Of a stretch of 64,000 bases of DNA, positions 34,287 to 43,324 are shown one piece after another. The translations under genes and the position numbers were made by a program. Each line of letters opens with the position of its first letter. Position 1 is the stretch's first letter. This stretch comes from Acidimicrobiia bacterium (GTDB lineage Bacteria; Actinomycetota; Acidimicrobiia; IMCC26256; PALSA-610), in assembly GCA_036501845.1 (NCBI GenBank), contig DASXZO010000036.1:90318-154317 (forward strand), read 5' to 3'. The notes under the pieces were generated by a model. It was given only the letters and a program-made list of their open reading frames with translations, searched no databases and had not been told where the DNA came from.

Positions 34287-35666
34287 ATGAGCGACTCCGA
34301 CGCGCTCATGTGGAACATCGAAAAGGACCCGGTGCTGCGCTCCACCATCGTGGCGGTGGCGATCCTCGAGGCCCCGCCCGACTTCGAACGCCTGCGTCGG
34401 CGCTACGAGCAAGCGAGCCACACGATTCCCCGGTTGCGCCAGCGGGTGCTCACGCCGCCCATGCGAATCGGTCCCCCACGCTGGGCCGACGACCCGCATT
34501 TCGATCTCGATTTCCATCTCCGCCGGATCGTGGTGCCGCCTCCCGGCAACCAACGCCGGCTCCTCGACTTCGTCGGCCCGATCGCGCAGACGAGCTTCGA
34601 CCGCGCCCGTCCGCTGTGGGAGACCACCGTGGTCGAGGGTCTCGACGATGGACGGGCCGCGGTGGTGATGAAGGTGCACCACTCCGTCACCGATGGCGTC
34701 GGCGGTGTCGAACTGCTCGCGCAACTCGTCGACCTCGACCCAGGTGGCGGCAACACGATCTCCGTGCACGAGCGCGACCACGGTCAGGCGCCCACCGAGG
34801 CGCTCGAGGGCGGTGCGCTCGTGCGCGACTCGATCGCGCACACCACGCGCCGCTTCATGGGCATCGCCCGCCGGGTGCCCACCATCGCGCTCGACACGGT
34901 CACCAGCGCAGCGCGCGATCCGTTCGGGAGCGCGGTGCGCGCAGTCGACACGGCGCGTTCGGTGGGCCGCGCGGTCGCCCCGGCAAGTTCGCCGATGTCG
35001 CCACTGATGACCCGTCGTGGCCTCGGCCGTCGTCTCGACGCGTTCGACGTGTCGCTCGACGATCTACGCCGCGCCGCCAAGCGCGCTGAGTGCAGCCTCA
35101 ACGATGCTTTCGTTGCCGCGGTGATCGGTGGCCTCGCGCAGTACCACGGAGCTCGGGGTACCGAGGTCGACGAGCTGCGCATGACGATCCCGATCAACAT
35201 CCGTCACGAAGGCAGCAGCGCGGCGGGCAATCACTTCGCCCCGGCGCGGTTCGCGGTGCCGACCGCCATCGTCGACCCGGTGGAGCGCATGCACGCCGTC
35301 GGCGCGCTGGTTCGTGCCTGGCGGCAAGAGCCGGCGCTGGCGCTCACCGACACGCTCGCCGGCGTGCTGAACCGTCTGCCCACCTCTACCACCACCGCGC
35401 TCTTCGGCGGAATGCTGAAATGCGTCGACTTCGTGACGTCGAACGTGCCGGGCGCGCCGATGCCCGTGTACCTCGGCGGCGCCGAGGTGGAGCGGCTCTA
35501 CGCGTTCGGCCCGCCCTCAGGTGCCGCGGTGAACGTCACACTGCTCTCGCACGTAGATACATGTTGCATCGGTGTGGTGAGCGACACCACCGCAGTTCCC
35601 GATGGTTCCGCGCTGCTCGGCGAGCTGCAACGCGGCTTCGACGAGGTGCTCGCCGCACAGGCATGA
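34287..35666 (+). CDS. wax ester synthase / diacylglycerol acyltransferase (WS/DGAT)
   Basis: MSDSDALMWNIEKDP... with the catalytic HHSVTDGVG (HHxxxDG) motif. Track ORF 34245..35666. Confidence 0.85.
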   Translation: MSDSDALMWNIEKDPVLRSTIVAVAILEAPPDFERLRRRYEQASHTIPRLRQRVLTPPMRIGPPRWADDPHFDLDFHLRRIVVPPPGNQRRLLDFVGPIAQTSFDRARPLWETTVVEGLDDGRAAVVMKVHHSVTDGVGGVELLAQLVDLDPGGGNTISVHERDHGQAPTEALEGGALVRDSIAHTTRRFMGIARRVPTIALDTVTSAARDPFGSAVRAVDTARSVGRAVAPASSPMSPLMTRRGLGRRLDAFDVSLDDLRRAAKRAECSLNDAFVAAVIGGLAQYHGARGTEVDELRMTIPINIRHEGSSAAGNHFAPARFAVPTAIVDPVERMHAVGALVRAWRQEPALALTDTLAGVLNRLPTSTTTALFGGMLKCVDFVTSNVPGAPMPVYLGGAEVERLYAFGPPSGAAVNVTLLSHVDTCCIGVVSDTTAVPDGSALLGELQRGFDEVLAAQA

Positions 35667-36424
35667 CCGAGCAGAAGGCCCCGAAGGCAAAGACTGCGCC
35701 GCTCGAACCCGAAGGATCCGTACCGAGCAAGCCCGTAGGGCGTCGCGTGTTCATCGGTCTCGCGGGAGCCGGCGTCGCGGGAATCGCCATCGGCAGTCAT
35801 CTTCAAAACGCGGTGAACACGGTCACCGACAAGCTCTCGTCGATCGACCCGAGCGGCATCGTCGGTGGCATCGTGCCCCACGACCAGTGGACGATCTACA
35901 CGATCACCGACGGGTATCCGAAGGAAACCGAAGCGCAATACACGCTGCGGGTGAGTGGCCTCGTCGATCGGCCGATGACGCTGCGCTACGAAGACTTGGT
36001 GCGCAAGACGCCGACGCACATCACGAGCGACTTCCAATGCGTCACCGGATGGCGCGTGCACGGCGTGCATTGGACCGGCGTGCGCCTCAGTGACCTGCTC
36101 GACGAGGCAGGTGTGCACAAGTCGGCGCGCGCACTGCGCTTCACGAGCTTCGACGGCGTGTACACCGAGAGCCTCACCCTCGGCCAGGCCCGGCGGCCCG
36201 ACGTGATCGTGGCATACCAGATGGATCAGAAGCCGGTCTCGAGGGAACACGGTGGGCCGGTTCGCCTGTATGTGGCGCCGATGTACGGCTACAAGTCGAT
36301 CAAATGGCTGAACGGCATTCAAGTGGTCGACCGCGTGGAGCCCGGCTACTGGGAAGGCTTCGGCTACGACGTCGACGGGTGGGTGGGAAAGAGCAATGGT
36401 CGCAACGACGACCCCACGAGCTGA
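35663..36424 (+). CDS. Tat-exported molybdopterin-dependent oxidoreductase (sulfite oxidase / YedY-MsrP-like fold)
   Basis: Twin-arginine motif GRRVFIGLAGAG, then FQCVTGWRVHGVHWTGVRLSDLL and GGPVRLYVP.MYGYKSIKW. Its ATG overlaps the WS/DGAT stop (ATGA). Confidence 0.8.
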   Translation: MTEQKAPKAKTAPLEPEGSVPSKPVGRRVFIGLAGAGVAGIAIGSHLQNAVNTVTDKLSSIDPSGIVGGIVPHDQWTIYTITDGYPKETEAQYTLRVSGLVDRPMTLRYEDLVRKTPTHITSDFQCVTGWRVHGVHWTGVRLSDLLDEAGVHKSARALRFTSFDGVYTESLTLGQARRPDVIVAYQMDQKPVSREHGGPVRLYVAPMYGYKSIKWLNGIQVVDRVEPGYWEGFGYDVDGWVGKSNGRNDDPTS

Positions 36425-37058
36425 CGCGCCTGGGCCTGGGCCCGCGCCCGAGCAGCTGCTCTCGCGCTTCGACCGCGTGGAGCGCGCCGTGCACTGGACG
36501 AACGGCGCGCTGTTCCTGTTCCTCCTCGCGACGGGCTACACGCTCGCCGGTGCGCCGGGGACCGGCTGGATCGGCAACAAGCGCAGCGTCGAAGAGCTGC
36601 ACACCTACGTGGGCTACGCGCTGCCCTTCCCCGTACTGCTCGGCATCGCCACGCACATCGGCCGCCAATTGCGTGAAGATCTCCACCGCATCTCGCGCTG
36701 GACGGCCGACGACGCGCGCTGGTGGCGAAAGTCGACTCGCCGCTCGGCGCGCGTCGGCAAGTTCAACCCGGGCCAGAAGCTCAACGCCGTGTTCGTCGGC
36801 GCGTGTCTCTTCGTGATGCCGGCGACGGGCACCTTCCTGCGCTGGCCGGCCTACTTCTCGCACTCGTTCGTCGCCGGCGCCGACTTCACCCACCGTTGGT
36901 TCGCGTTGGCGATCTTGATCGTGACGATCGGCCACATCGCGATGGCGCTCTCGCGCCCGTCGTCGATGCGCGGGATGTTCACCGGGAAAGTGCCCGACAA
37001 TTGGGCTCGCCACGAGCACCCGCGCTGGCACGCGGAGATGACGTCGAAATCCGATTAG
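36396..37058 (+). CDS. b-type cytochrome membrane subunit (FdnI / Ni_hydr_CYTB-like)
   Basis: Track ORF of 220 aa. RFDRVERAVHWTNG, KFNPGQKLN and four TM segments with conserved His are present. It overlaps the Moco gene by 29 nt. Confidence 0.75.
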   Translation: MVATTTPRADAPGPGPAPEQLLSRFDRVERAVHWTNGALFLFLLATGYTLAGAPGTGWIGNKRSVEELHTYVGYALPFPVLLGIATHIGRQLREDLHRISRWTADDARWWRKSTRRSARVGKFNPGQKLNAVFVGACLFVMPATGTFLRWPAYFSHSFVAGADFTHRWFALAILIVTIGHIAMALSRPSSMRGMFTGKVPDNWARHEHPRWHAEMTSKSD

Positions 37059-37067
37059 GTTCGCACC

Positions 37068-39338
37068 GTGCCGGCGGGCGTGGAAGATCGGGTCGACGGG
37101 CTGCTCGCGCAACTGTCGCTGCGCGAGAAGCTCGCCCAGCTCGGCGGCGCGTGGATCACCGACCTCGTTGACGCCGACGCGTTCTCCGCCCAGCGAGCGG
37201 CGCGCGTGCTCGCCAACGGCATCGGCACCGTCACCCGCATCGGCGCCACCACGGGGTTGCGGCCGACCGCTCGTGCCGAGTTGGCGAATGCCATTCAGCG
37301 TCACCTCGTGGAGCACACCAATGCGGGCATCCCCGCAGTGATCCACGAGGAGAGCACCGCCGGCTTCTGCGCGCGCGACGCCACGCAGTTCCCGCAAGCG
37401 ATCGGGCTCGCCGCCACGTGGGATCCCGAGTTGATCAACGCGATGGCGCGCGTGATCCGCGAGCAGATGACCGCGGTCGGCGCTCGCCACACCCTCGCGC
37501 CGGTGCTCGACATCGCTCGCGATCCCCGGTGGGGCCGTACCGAGGAGACCTACGGCGAGTCGCGCCACCTCACCAGCCGCATGGGCGTCGCGTATGTGCG
37601 GGGGATGCAGACCGACGACCTGCGCGGCGGCGTGGCATGCACCGGCAAGCACTTCCTCGGCTACGGATTGTCGGAAGGCGGCATGAACCATGCGCCCGTG
37701 CACCTCGGCGGGCGCGAGCTACGCGAAGTGTTCGCAGAGCCATTCCGCGCCACGATCGCCGAGGCGAACCTCGCCACAGTGATGAACTCGTACGCCTCGG
37801 TCGACGGGCTTCCATGCGGCGGGTCCTACGCGATCCTCACCGCGCTGTTGCGTGACGAGCTCGGTTTCGATGGCGTGGTGGTGGCCGACTACTTCACCAT
37901 CGGCCTGCTGCTCGGTCACCACCGCATCGCACCCAATCTCGGGCGCGCGGGAGAGGTCGCGCTCCGTGCCGGCCTCGACATGGAGCTGCCGAACACGGTC
38001 GCGTACGGCGACCCCCTGCACACGCTCATCGAACGCGGCGACGTGGAAGTGGCGCTGGTCGACCGGTCGGTGCGCCGCGTGCTCGCACTCAAGTTGAAGC
38101 TCGGTCTCTTCGAACAGCCCTACGTGGACGACGCGATCGCGGCCCGCGTGTACGACACGCCCGAACAGCGCGCGCTGGCGCGCGAGCTCGCTGCCGCGTC
38201 GGTGGTGGTGTGCACGAACGACGGCGTGCTCCCGATCGACGCGAGCAGCAACGAGCCGATCGCGGTGATCGGCCCGTGCGCCGACGACGTGCGCCTCTTG
38301 CAAGGCGACTACTCGTACCCGGCCCATGCCGAGATCGGCTTCCTCACCGACCAAGCCGAGGACCGTGGCATCCTGCCGAGCACTGTCGCCGAAGGAACCA
38401 TGGCCGCAGGCCCGTACTACCCACCGTCGGTCACGCCGCTCGCCGCGCTGCGCGAGCTGTTCGCCGATGTGCGGTACGAGCGCGGCTGCGCCCTCGACGG
38501 CCACGACACGAGCGGCGTGGCCGCGGCCGTCGAGGCGGCACGCGCCTCACGCGTCGCGGTGGTGTGCGTAGGCGGCCGCAGCGGCTTGACCCACGACTCG
38601 ACCACCGGCGAGTTCCGCGACGCGACATCGTTGGGATTGACCGGCCCGCAGCAAGGGCTTGTCGACGCGGTGCTCGCCACCGGCACACCAACCGTCGTCG
38701 TGCTCGTGAGCGGCCGCGTGCACGCGCTGGCGCAGGTGGCCGAACGCGCGAGCGCCTTGGTGGTGGCGTGGTGCCCGGGCGAGGAGGGCGGTCACGGGCT
38801 CGCCGACGTGCTCTGCGGTCACCGCGACGCCAGCGGGCGGCTGCCGATCACCGTGCCGCGCTCGGCCGGCCAGGTGCCCATCCATCACGATCACCGCGCG
38901 GGAGGCGGGCGCAGCATGATGCTCGGTGACTACACCGACGCGCCGAGCGCGCCGCTGTTCCCGTTCGGACACGGCCTGTCGTACACATCGTTCGAGTACG
39001 ACCGGCTGAAACTCGGCGGCCGAAGGCTCGACGACGGCATCCAGGTGCGCTGCCGCGTCAAGAACACCGGCCGCCGGGCCGGCATCGAGACCGTGCAGAT
39101 CTATCTGCGCGACGACATTGCGAGCCTCGCTCGCCCCGACCGCGAGCTGTGCGCATTCACGAAGGTGGCGCTCGAACCCGGCGCCTCACAGGTAGTGGAG
39201 CTCGCGATTGCACCGCGGCAGCTCGCGTTCTACGACGAGGCGATGCACTTCGCCGCCGAACCCGGCTCGTTCACGGTGATGGTGGGATCGTCGGCCACCG
39301 ACGTGCGGCTCGAAGGAACGATCAAGCTCGTGGCGTAG
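37068..39338 (+). CDS. glycoside hydrolase family 3 (beta-glucosidase/xylosidase-like)
   Basis: Track ORF of 756 aa. SLREKLAQL, GKHFLGYG, GFDGVVVADY (nucleophile region) and a C-terminal Fn3-like domain are present. Confidence 0.9.
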   Translation: MPAGVEDRVDGLLAQLSLREKLAQLGGAWITDLVDADAFSAQRAARVLANGIGTVTRIGATTGLRPTARAELANAIQRHLVEHTNAGIPAVIHEESTAGFCARDATQFPQAIGLAATWDPELINAMARVIREQMTAVGARHTLAPVLDIARDPRWGRTEETYGESRHLTSRMGVAYVRGMQTDDLRGGVACTGKHFLGYGLSEGGMNHAPVHLGGRELREVFAEPFRATIAEANLATVMNSYASVDGLPCGGSYAILTALLRDELGFDGVVVADYFTIGLLLGHHRIAPNLGRAGEVALRAGLDMELPNTVAYGDPLHTLIERGDVEVALVDRSVRRVLALKLKLGLFEQPYVDDAIAARVYDTPEQRALARELAAASVVVCTNDGVLPIDASSNEPIAVIGPCADDVRLLQGDYSYPAHAEIGFLTDQAEDRGILPSTVAEGTMAAGPYYPPSVTPLAALRELFADVRYERGCALDGHDTSGVAAAVEAARASRVAVVCVGGRSGLTHDSTTGEFRDATSLGLTGPQQGLVDAVLATGTPTVVVLVSGRVHALAQVAERASALVVAWCPGEEGGHGLADVLCGHRDASGRLPITVPRSAGQVPIHHDHRAGGGRSMMLGDYTDAPSAPLFPFGHGLSYTSFEYDRLKLGGRRLDDGIQVRCRVKNTGRRAGIETVQIYLRDDIASLARPDRELCAFTKVALEPGASQVVELAIAPRQLAFYDEAMHFAAEPGSFTVMVGSSATDVRLEGTIKLVA

Positions 39339-39409
39339 CCGCGCCTCGCCGATTTCCGGCCGCGCGATTCCGCTCGTGGTCGGCGCGGCGTGCCTCATAG
39401 CCTTGGGCG

Positions 39410-40540
39410 GTGGCCGAGATCGTGATCCCCGACACGCTGCGCCCGCACGACGGACGCTTCGGCTCCGGCCCGTCGAAGGTGCGGCCCGAAGCCGTGCTCG
39501 CGCTGGCCGACACGTCGGCGGCCTTCCTCGGCACGAGCCATCGCCGTCCCACGGTGCGCGCGGTGGTGGGGCGCGTGCGCGACGGCATGCGCGAGCTCTT
39601 CTCGCTGCCCGACGGCTACGAGGTGCTGCTCGGCAACGGTGGCACCACTGCGTTCTGGGACGCGGCGAGCTTCGGACTCATCGAACGGCGCAGCCAGCAC
39701 GTGACGATCGGCGAGTTCTCGTCGAAGTTTGCCGCCGTCACCAAGAAAGCTCCACACCTCGACGACCCCGAGATCATCGACACCGCGCCCGGCCTGGTGC
39801 CGGCACCGTGTCGCGCCGCGGACGGCATCGACGCCTACTGCTTCCCGCACAACGAGACATCCACCGGAGCGACGTGCGAGGTGCGGCGGCCCGCAGGCAC
39901 CACTGGAGACGACGCGCTGGTACTGGTCGACGCCACGTCGGCAGCGGGTGGCCTGCGCGTCGACCCCAAAGAGTTCGACGTGTACTACTTCGCGCCGCAG
40001 AAATGCTTCGGCGGCGACGGCGGCCTCTGGCTCGCGCTCTGCTCGCCCGCGGCGGTCACGCGCATCGAGAAGATCACGGCGGGCGACCGCTGGCGCCCGG
40101 CATCGCTCGACCTCGGCATCGCACTCGAGCAGTCGCGGCTCGACCAGACCTACAACACACCCGCGCTCGCCACGCTCTTCCTGATCGCGCACACCGTCGA
40201 ATGGATGCTGGCCATCGGCGGCCTGGAAGGCTGCGCGCAGCGCTGTGACGAGTCGGCCGGCATCGTGTACGGCTGGGCGGAGGCGAACCCGCACGCCACG
40301 CCGTTCGTGGCCGACGCGGCTCGCAGCAACGTGACTGCCACCATCGACTTCGACGAGTCGATCGACGCCGAGCGCGTCGTGGCCGCATTGCGGGCCAACG
40401 GCATCCTCGACGTCGACCCCTACCGCAAGCTCGGCCGCAACCAGCTGCGGATCGCGCTCTTCCCCGCCATCGACCCCGACGACGTCGCCCGCCTCACGAG
40501 CTGCATCGACTACGTGATCGAGCACCTCGACGCGTCGTAG
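39410..40540 (+). CDS. serC: phosphoserine aminotransferase (actinobacterial type)
   Basis: Track ORF of 376 aa. DGRFGSGPSKVR... and ..HNETSTG..; APQKCFG carries the PLP lysine. Confidence 0.85.
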   Translation: MAEIVIPDTLRPHDGRFGSGPSKVRPEAVLALADTSAAFLGTSHRRPTVRAVVGRVRDGMRELFSLPDGYEVLLGNGGTTAFWDAASFGLIERRSQHVTIGEFSSKFAAVTKKAPHLDDPEIIDTAPGLVPAPCRAADGIDAYCFPHNETSTGATCEVRRPAGTTGDDALVLVDATSAAGGLRVDPKEFDVYYFAPQKCFGGDGGLWLALCSPAAVTRIEKITAGDRWRPASLDLGIALEQSRLDQTYNTPALATLFLIAHTVEWMLAIGGLEGCAQRCDESAGIVYGWAEANPHATPFVADAARSNVTATIDFDESIDAERVVAALRANGILDVDPYRKLGRNQLRIALFPAIDPDDVARLTSCIDYVIEHLDAS

Positions 40541-40550
40541 TGTTCGCCGC

Positions 40551-42017
40551 GTGCCGGGCACGCCTGACGTTCTGGCCGATCTGCCCGACGGTCTGATCGC
40601 AGTCGTCAAACGCGACTGCCCCACGTGCACGATGGTTGCGCCGGTGCTGCGTGGGCTCGCCGATGCCGGCGCGCTCGTGGCCGTGTTCAGCCAGGACGAC
40701 CCGGAGTTTCCCGAGGAACTCGGTGCCATCTCTGCGCGCGACGACCGTGAGCTCGACGTGTCGTTCGCGCTCGACATCGACACCGTGCCCACGTTGCTGT
40801 TGTGGTCGGCGGGCATCGAGGTGGCGCGCACCGTCGGCTGGTCGCGTTCGCAATGGGAAGCGGTCGCGGGTGTCGACGGGCTCGGTGCCGATCTCCCCGA
40901 CCTTCGGCCGGGCTGTGGCTCCCGCACGCACGACCCCGAGATCGCCGACCAGCGCGCGGTCGCACAGATGCTTCCGAAGCTGCAAAGCCGCAGGCTCGAT
41001 CTCGGCGCCGGCGAAGACGAGATGGAAGCCCTGTTCGAGCGCGGCTTCACCGACGGGCTGCCGGTGGTGCCGCCCACGCCGGAGCGCGTCGCGCGCATGC
41101 TCGGTGGCACGACGCGCGATCCGCACGAGATCGTTGCGACGGTGCCGCCCGATCTCGTGGAATGCACGGTGGAGAAGGTGGCGGTGAACGCGGTGATGGC
41201 CGGCTGCCGTCCCGAGTATTTGCCGGTAGTGCTCACCGCGGTGGAAGCCGCGTGCACCGACGAGTTCAACGCGCACGGGCTGCTCTGCACCACATGGTTC
41301 TCGGGCCCGCTCGTGCTCGTGAACGGTCCTCTTGCGCGCGCGATTGGCATGAACAGCGGCGTCAACGCGCTCGGGCAGGGCAATCGGGCCAACGCGACGA
41401 TTGGCCGCGCGCTCCAACTCGTGATCCGCAACGTGGGCGGCGGCCGCCCCGGCGAGATCGACCGGGCCGCGCTCGGCAACCCGGGCAAGTACACGTTCTG
41501 CTTCGCCGAGCGTGAGCACGATTCGCCGTGGGAACCGCTGCATGTGGAACGGGCCGGACTGGCGCGCGACGCCAGCGCCATCACGCTGTTCGCGGCGTCG
41601 GGCGTGCAGGGACTTGCCGATCAGCTCAGCCGCACACCCGAGTCGTTGAGCCGCACTTTCGCGGCATGCCTGCGGACGGTCGGCCATCCGAAGGCCGTGA
41701 TCGCGTGGGACGCCATGCTCGTGGTGGGGCCCGAGCACGCGCGCGTGTACCGCGAGGCGGGCTGGTCGAAGGCGCGCGTGCGCGACGAGATCATGGCGCA
41801 GCTCCAGATCCCAGGATCGGAGCTGGTGCGCGGCGCGGGCGGGATCGCCGAGGGCCTGCCCGCGGCGTTCGAGTCGTCGGTGATGCCGAAGTTCCGCGAC
41901 GGCGGACTCGTCATCGTTCACGCCGGCGGCGAGGCCGGTATGTTCTCCGCGGTCATCGGCGGCTGGGCCAGCGGCGCGATCGGCAGTGAGATCGTCACGA
42001 AGGAAGTGGTGGCATGA
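40551..42017 (+). CDS. thioredoxin-fold (CPTC) domain fused to a ~370-aa uncharacterised domain
   Basis: Track ORF of 488 aa. The N-terminal Trx-like fold has VVKRDCPTCTMVAPVL and cis-Pro TVPTLLLW. The remainder (GFTDGLPVVPPT...VNAVMAGCRPEYLPVV...GNRANATIGRALQLV...GNPGKYTFCFAE) matches no family I can name. Confidence 0.7.
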   Translation: MPGTPDVLADLPDGLIAVVKRDCPTCTMVAPVLRGLADAGALVAVFSQDDPEFPEELGAISARDDRELDVSFALDIDTVPTLLLWSAGIEVARTVGWSRSQWEAVAGVDGLGADLPDLRPGCGSRTHDPEIADQRAVAQMLPKLQSRRLDLGAGEDEMEALFERGFTDGLPVVPPTPERVARMLGGTTRDPHEIVATVPPDLVECTVEKVAVNAVMAGCRPEYLPVVLTAVEAACTDEFNAHGLLCTTWFSGPLVLVNGPLARAIGMNSGVNALGQGNRANATIGRALQLVIRNVGGGRPGEIDRAALGNPGKYTFCFAEREHDSPWEPLHVERAGLARDASAITLFAASGVQGLADQLSRTPESLSRTFAACLRTVGHPKAVIAWDAMLVVGPEHARVYREAGWSKARVRDEIMAQLQIPGSELVRGAGGIAEGLPAAFESSVMPKFRDGGLVIVHAGGEAGMFSAVIGGWASGAIGSEIVTKEVVA

Positions 42018-42538
42018 CCGGGCACGAGCTCCTCGATCCCACCGGCGAGCTGGTATCGGCGACCACACGGCCGCGAGCATTGCGACCCGAGTCTCTGCGC
42101 GGCGCGCGCGTGGGGCTGCTCGACATCCGCAAGCCGCGCGGCGACGTGTTCCTCGACCGGCTCGAGACGTTGCTCACGGATCACGGTTGCGACGTCGAAC
42201 GCTTCGCCAAACCGACATTCACCAAGCCGGCCCCGATCGATCTGCGCCACGAGATCGCCGCCAAATGCGACGTGGTGATCGAGGCACTGGCCGACTGAGG
42301 CTCGTGCACGTCGTGCAGTGTGCACGACACCGTGAACCTCGAATCCGTCGGCGTGCCCGCGGTGTTCGTGGCGTCGAGCGAGTTCGTGAGTGCGGCGGCC
42401 GCGCAGGCCGAAGCACTCGGCGCCGACCCGGCGCGCGTATTCGTGGCGCACCCGATCCAGGATCGCACCGACGCCGAGCTGCAAACGCTCGCCGACCGCG
42501 CGTTCGGCCAGCTCGTCGAGGCGCTCACAAGCAACTGA
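42014..42538 (+). CDS. UGSC-motif selenoprotein (GrdB/PrdB-like UxxCxxC site); TGA 42296-42298 read as selenocysteine
   Basis: Track ORFs 42014..42298 and 42320..42538 share a frame. Read-through gives ...AAKCDVVIEALAD-U-GSCTSCSVHDTVNLESVGVPAVFVASSEF... (174 aa). A SECIS-like hairpin lies 11 nt downstream of the TGA. The ATG overlaps the upstream gene's stop (ATGA). Confidence 0.7.
42310..42328 (+). promoter_or_regulatory. SECIS-like stem-loop
   Basis: GUCGUGCA-GUG-UGCACGAC forms a perfect 8-bp stem beginning at +15 relative to the U of UGA. Loop G and U fall at +23/+24. A lower stem CAC(42307-09)/GUG(42332-34) is possible, leaving a 3-nt internal loop. Confidence 0.6.
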
Positions 42539-42606
42539 TCGCGGCTCGGTTCGGCTCAGCGCGCCGCTTTGGCCTCACCGCCGATTGCCGTGCGACACTG
42601 CGCGTC

Positions 42607-43308
42607 ATGCTGCTGCTCCACGAGGTCCACCAACTCGTCGGCGGTCAAGACGACGAGTTCGAGCTCCATGTGCGCGACGGATGGATGGCCGCGCTCGCCA
42701 AGAGCGACGACGCCCGTCTCGGCTGGCATCTCAAGCTCGCGTTCGGCACGAACCGCGCGTACCTGCACGTGACCGTCACGCTCCTGGCCGACGGCAACGC
42801 CTACGAGCGACTCGCCCGGCGCGTGCAGGACGGCGATCTGCGGTCGTGGGCCGCGCACGCCGACACGCTGCGCCACGAAGTGCGCGGCAAGTTGTTGCTC
42901 CCGGCCACGTGGTCGCCGCCGCTGCCCGAACTCGACCAGGTACCCACCGACGGCGCCGAGCGCGCCGCGCAACTGTTCATGGAAGACAGCGCCTGGCCGC
43001 ACGAGGCCATGCTCGACGACTACCTCGAGAAGGCGCGCACGCACTACGCGCCAAGCCTCCAGGAGCGCACCGAACGATCGCTGCTCGAGCTCGCCGCGGT
43101 GTTCCAGGCCGCACTCGGCGCGCCGCGCCGGCGCGAGGTGGTGCTGTGGCAGCGCGTGCTCTACCCGGAGCGCTTGACCGCGCTGTTCACTCGCGACCTA
43201 CCGCCCGAAGTGAAGGCGCCGGGAACGTGGATGAACGACGCGCTGCAGGTGCGCGACGACTGGGAAAGCCGCTTGCTGCGCACCAGCCGCTACTCGCCGC
43301 TGCAGTAA
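42607..43308 (+). CDS. hypothetical protein, possibly NIPSNAP-like tandem alpha+beta barrel
   Basis: This is the C-terminal 233 aa of track ORF 41986..43308, starting at ATG 42607 (MLLLHEVHQLVGGQDDEFELHVRDGW...). It shows two similar halves. The family assignment is tentative. Confidence 0.5.
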   Translation: MLLLHEVHQLVGGQDDEFELHVRDGWMAALAKSDDARLGWHLKLAFGTNRAYLHVTVTLLADGNAYERLARRVQDGDLRSWAAHADTLRHEVRGKLLLPATWSPPLPELDQVPTDGAERAAQLFMEDSAWPHEAMLDDYLEKARTHYAPSLQERTERSLLELAAVFQAALGAPRRREVVLWQRVLYPERLTALFTRDLPPEVKAPGTWMNDALQVRDDWESRLLRTSRYSPLQ

Positions 43309-43324
43309 CCAGTAACCCCAGGGG

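Noticed and set aside
39395-41584. A 729-aa minus-strand ORF.
   Set aside because: It is antisense to serC and the Trx-fusion gene. It has a Ser/Arg/Pro-rich low-complexity translation and no recognisable domain.
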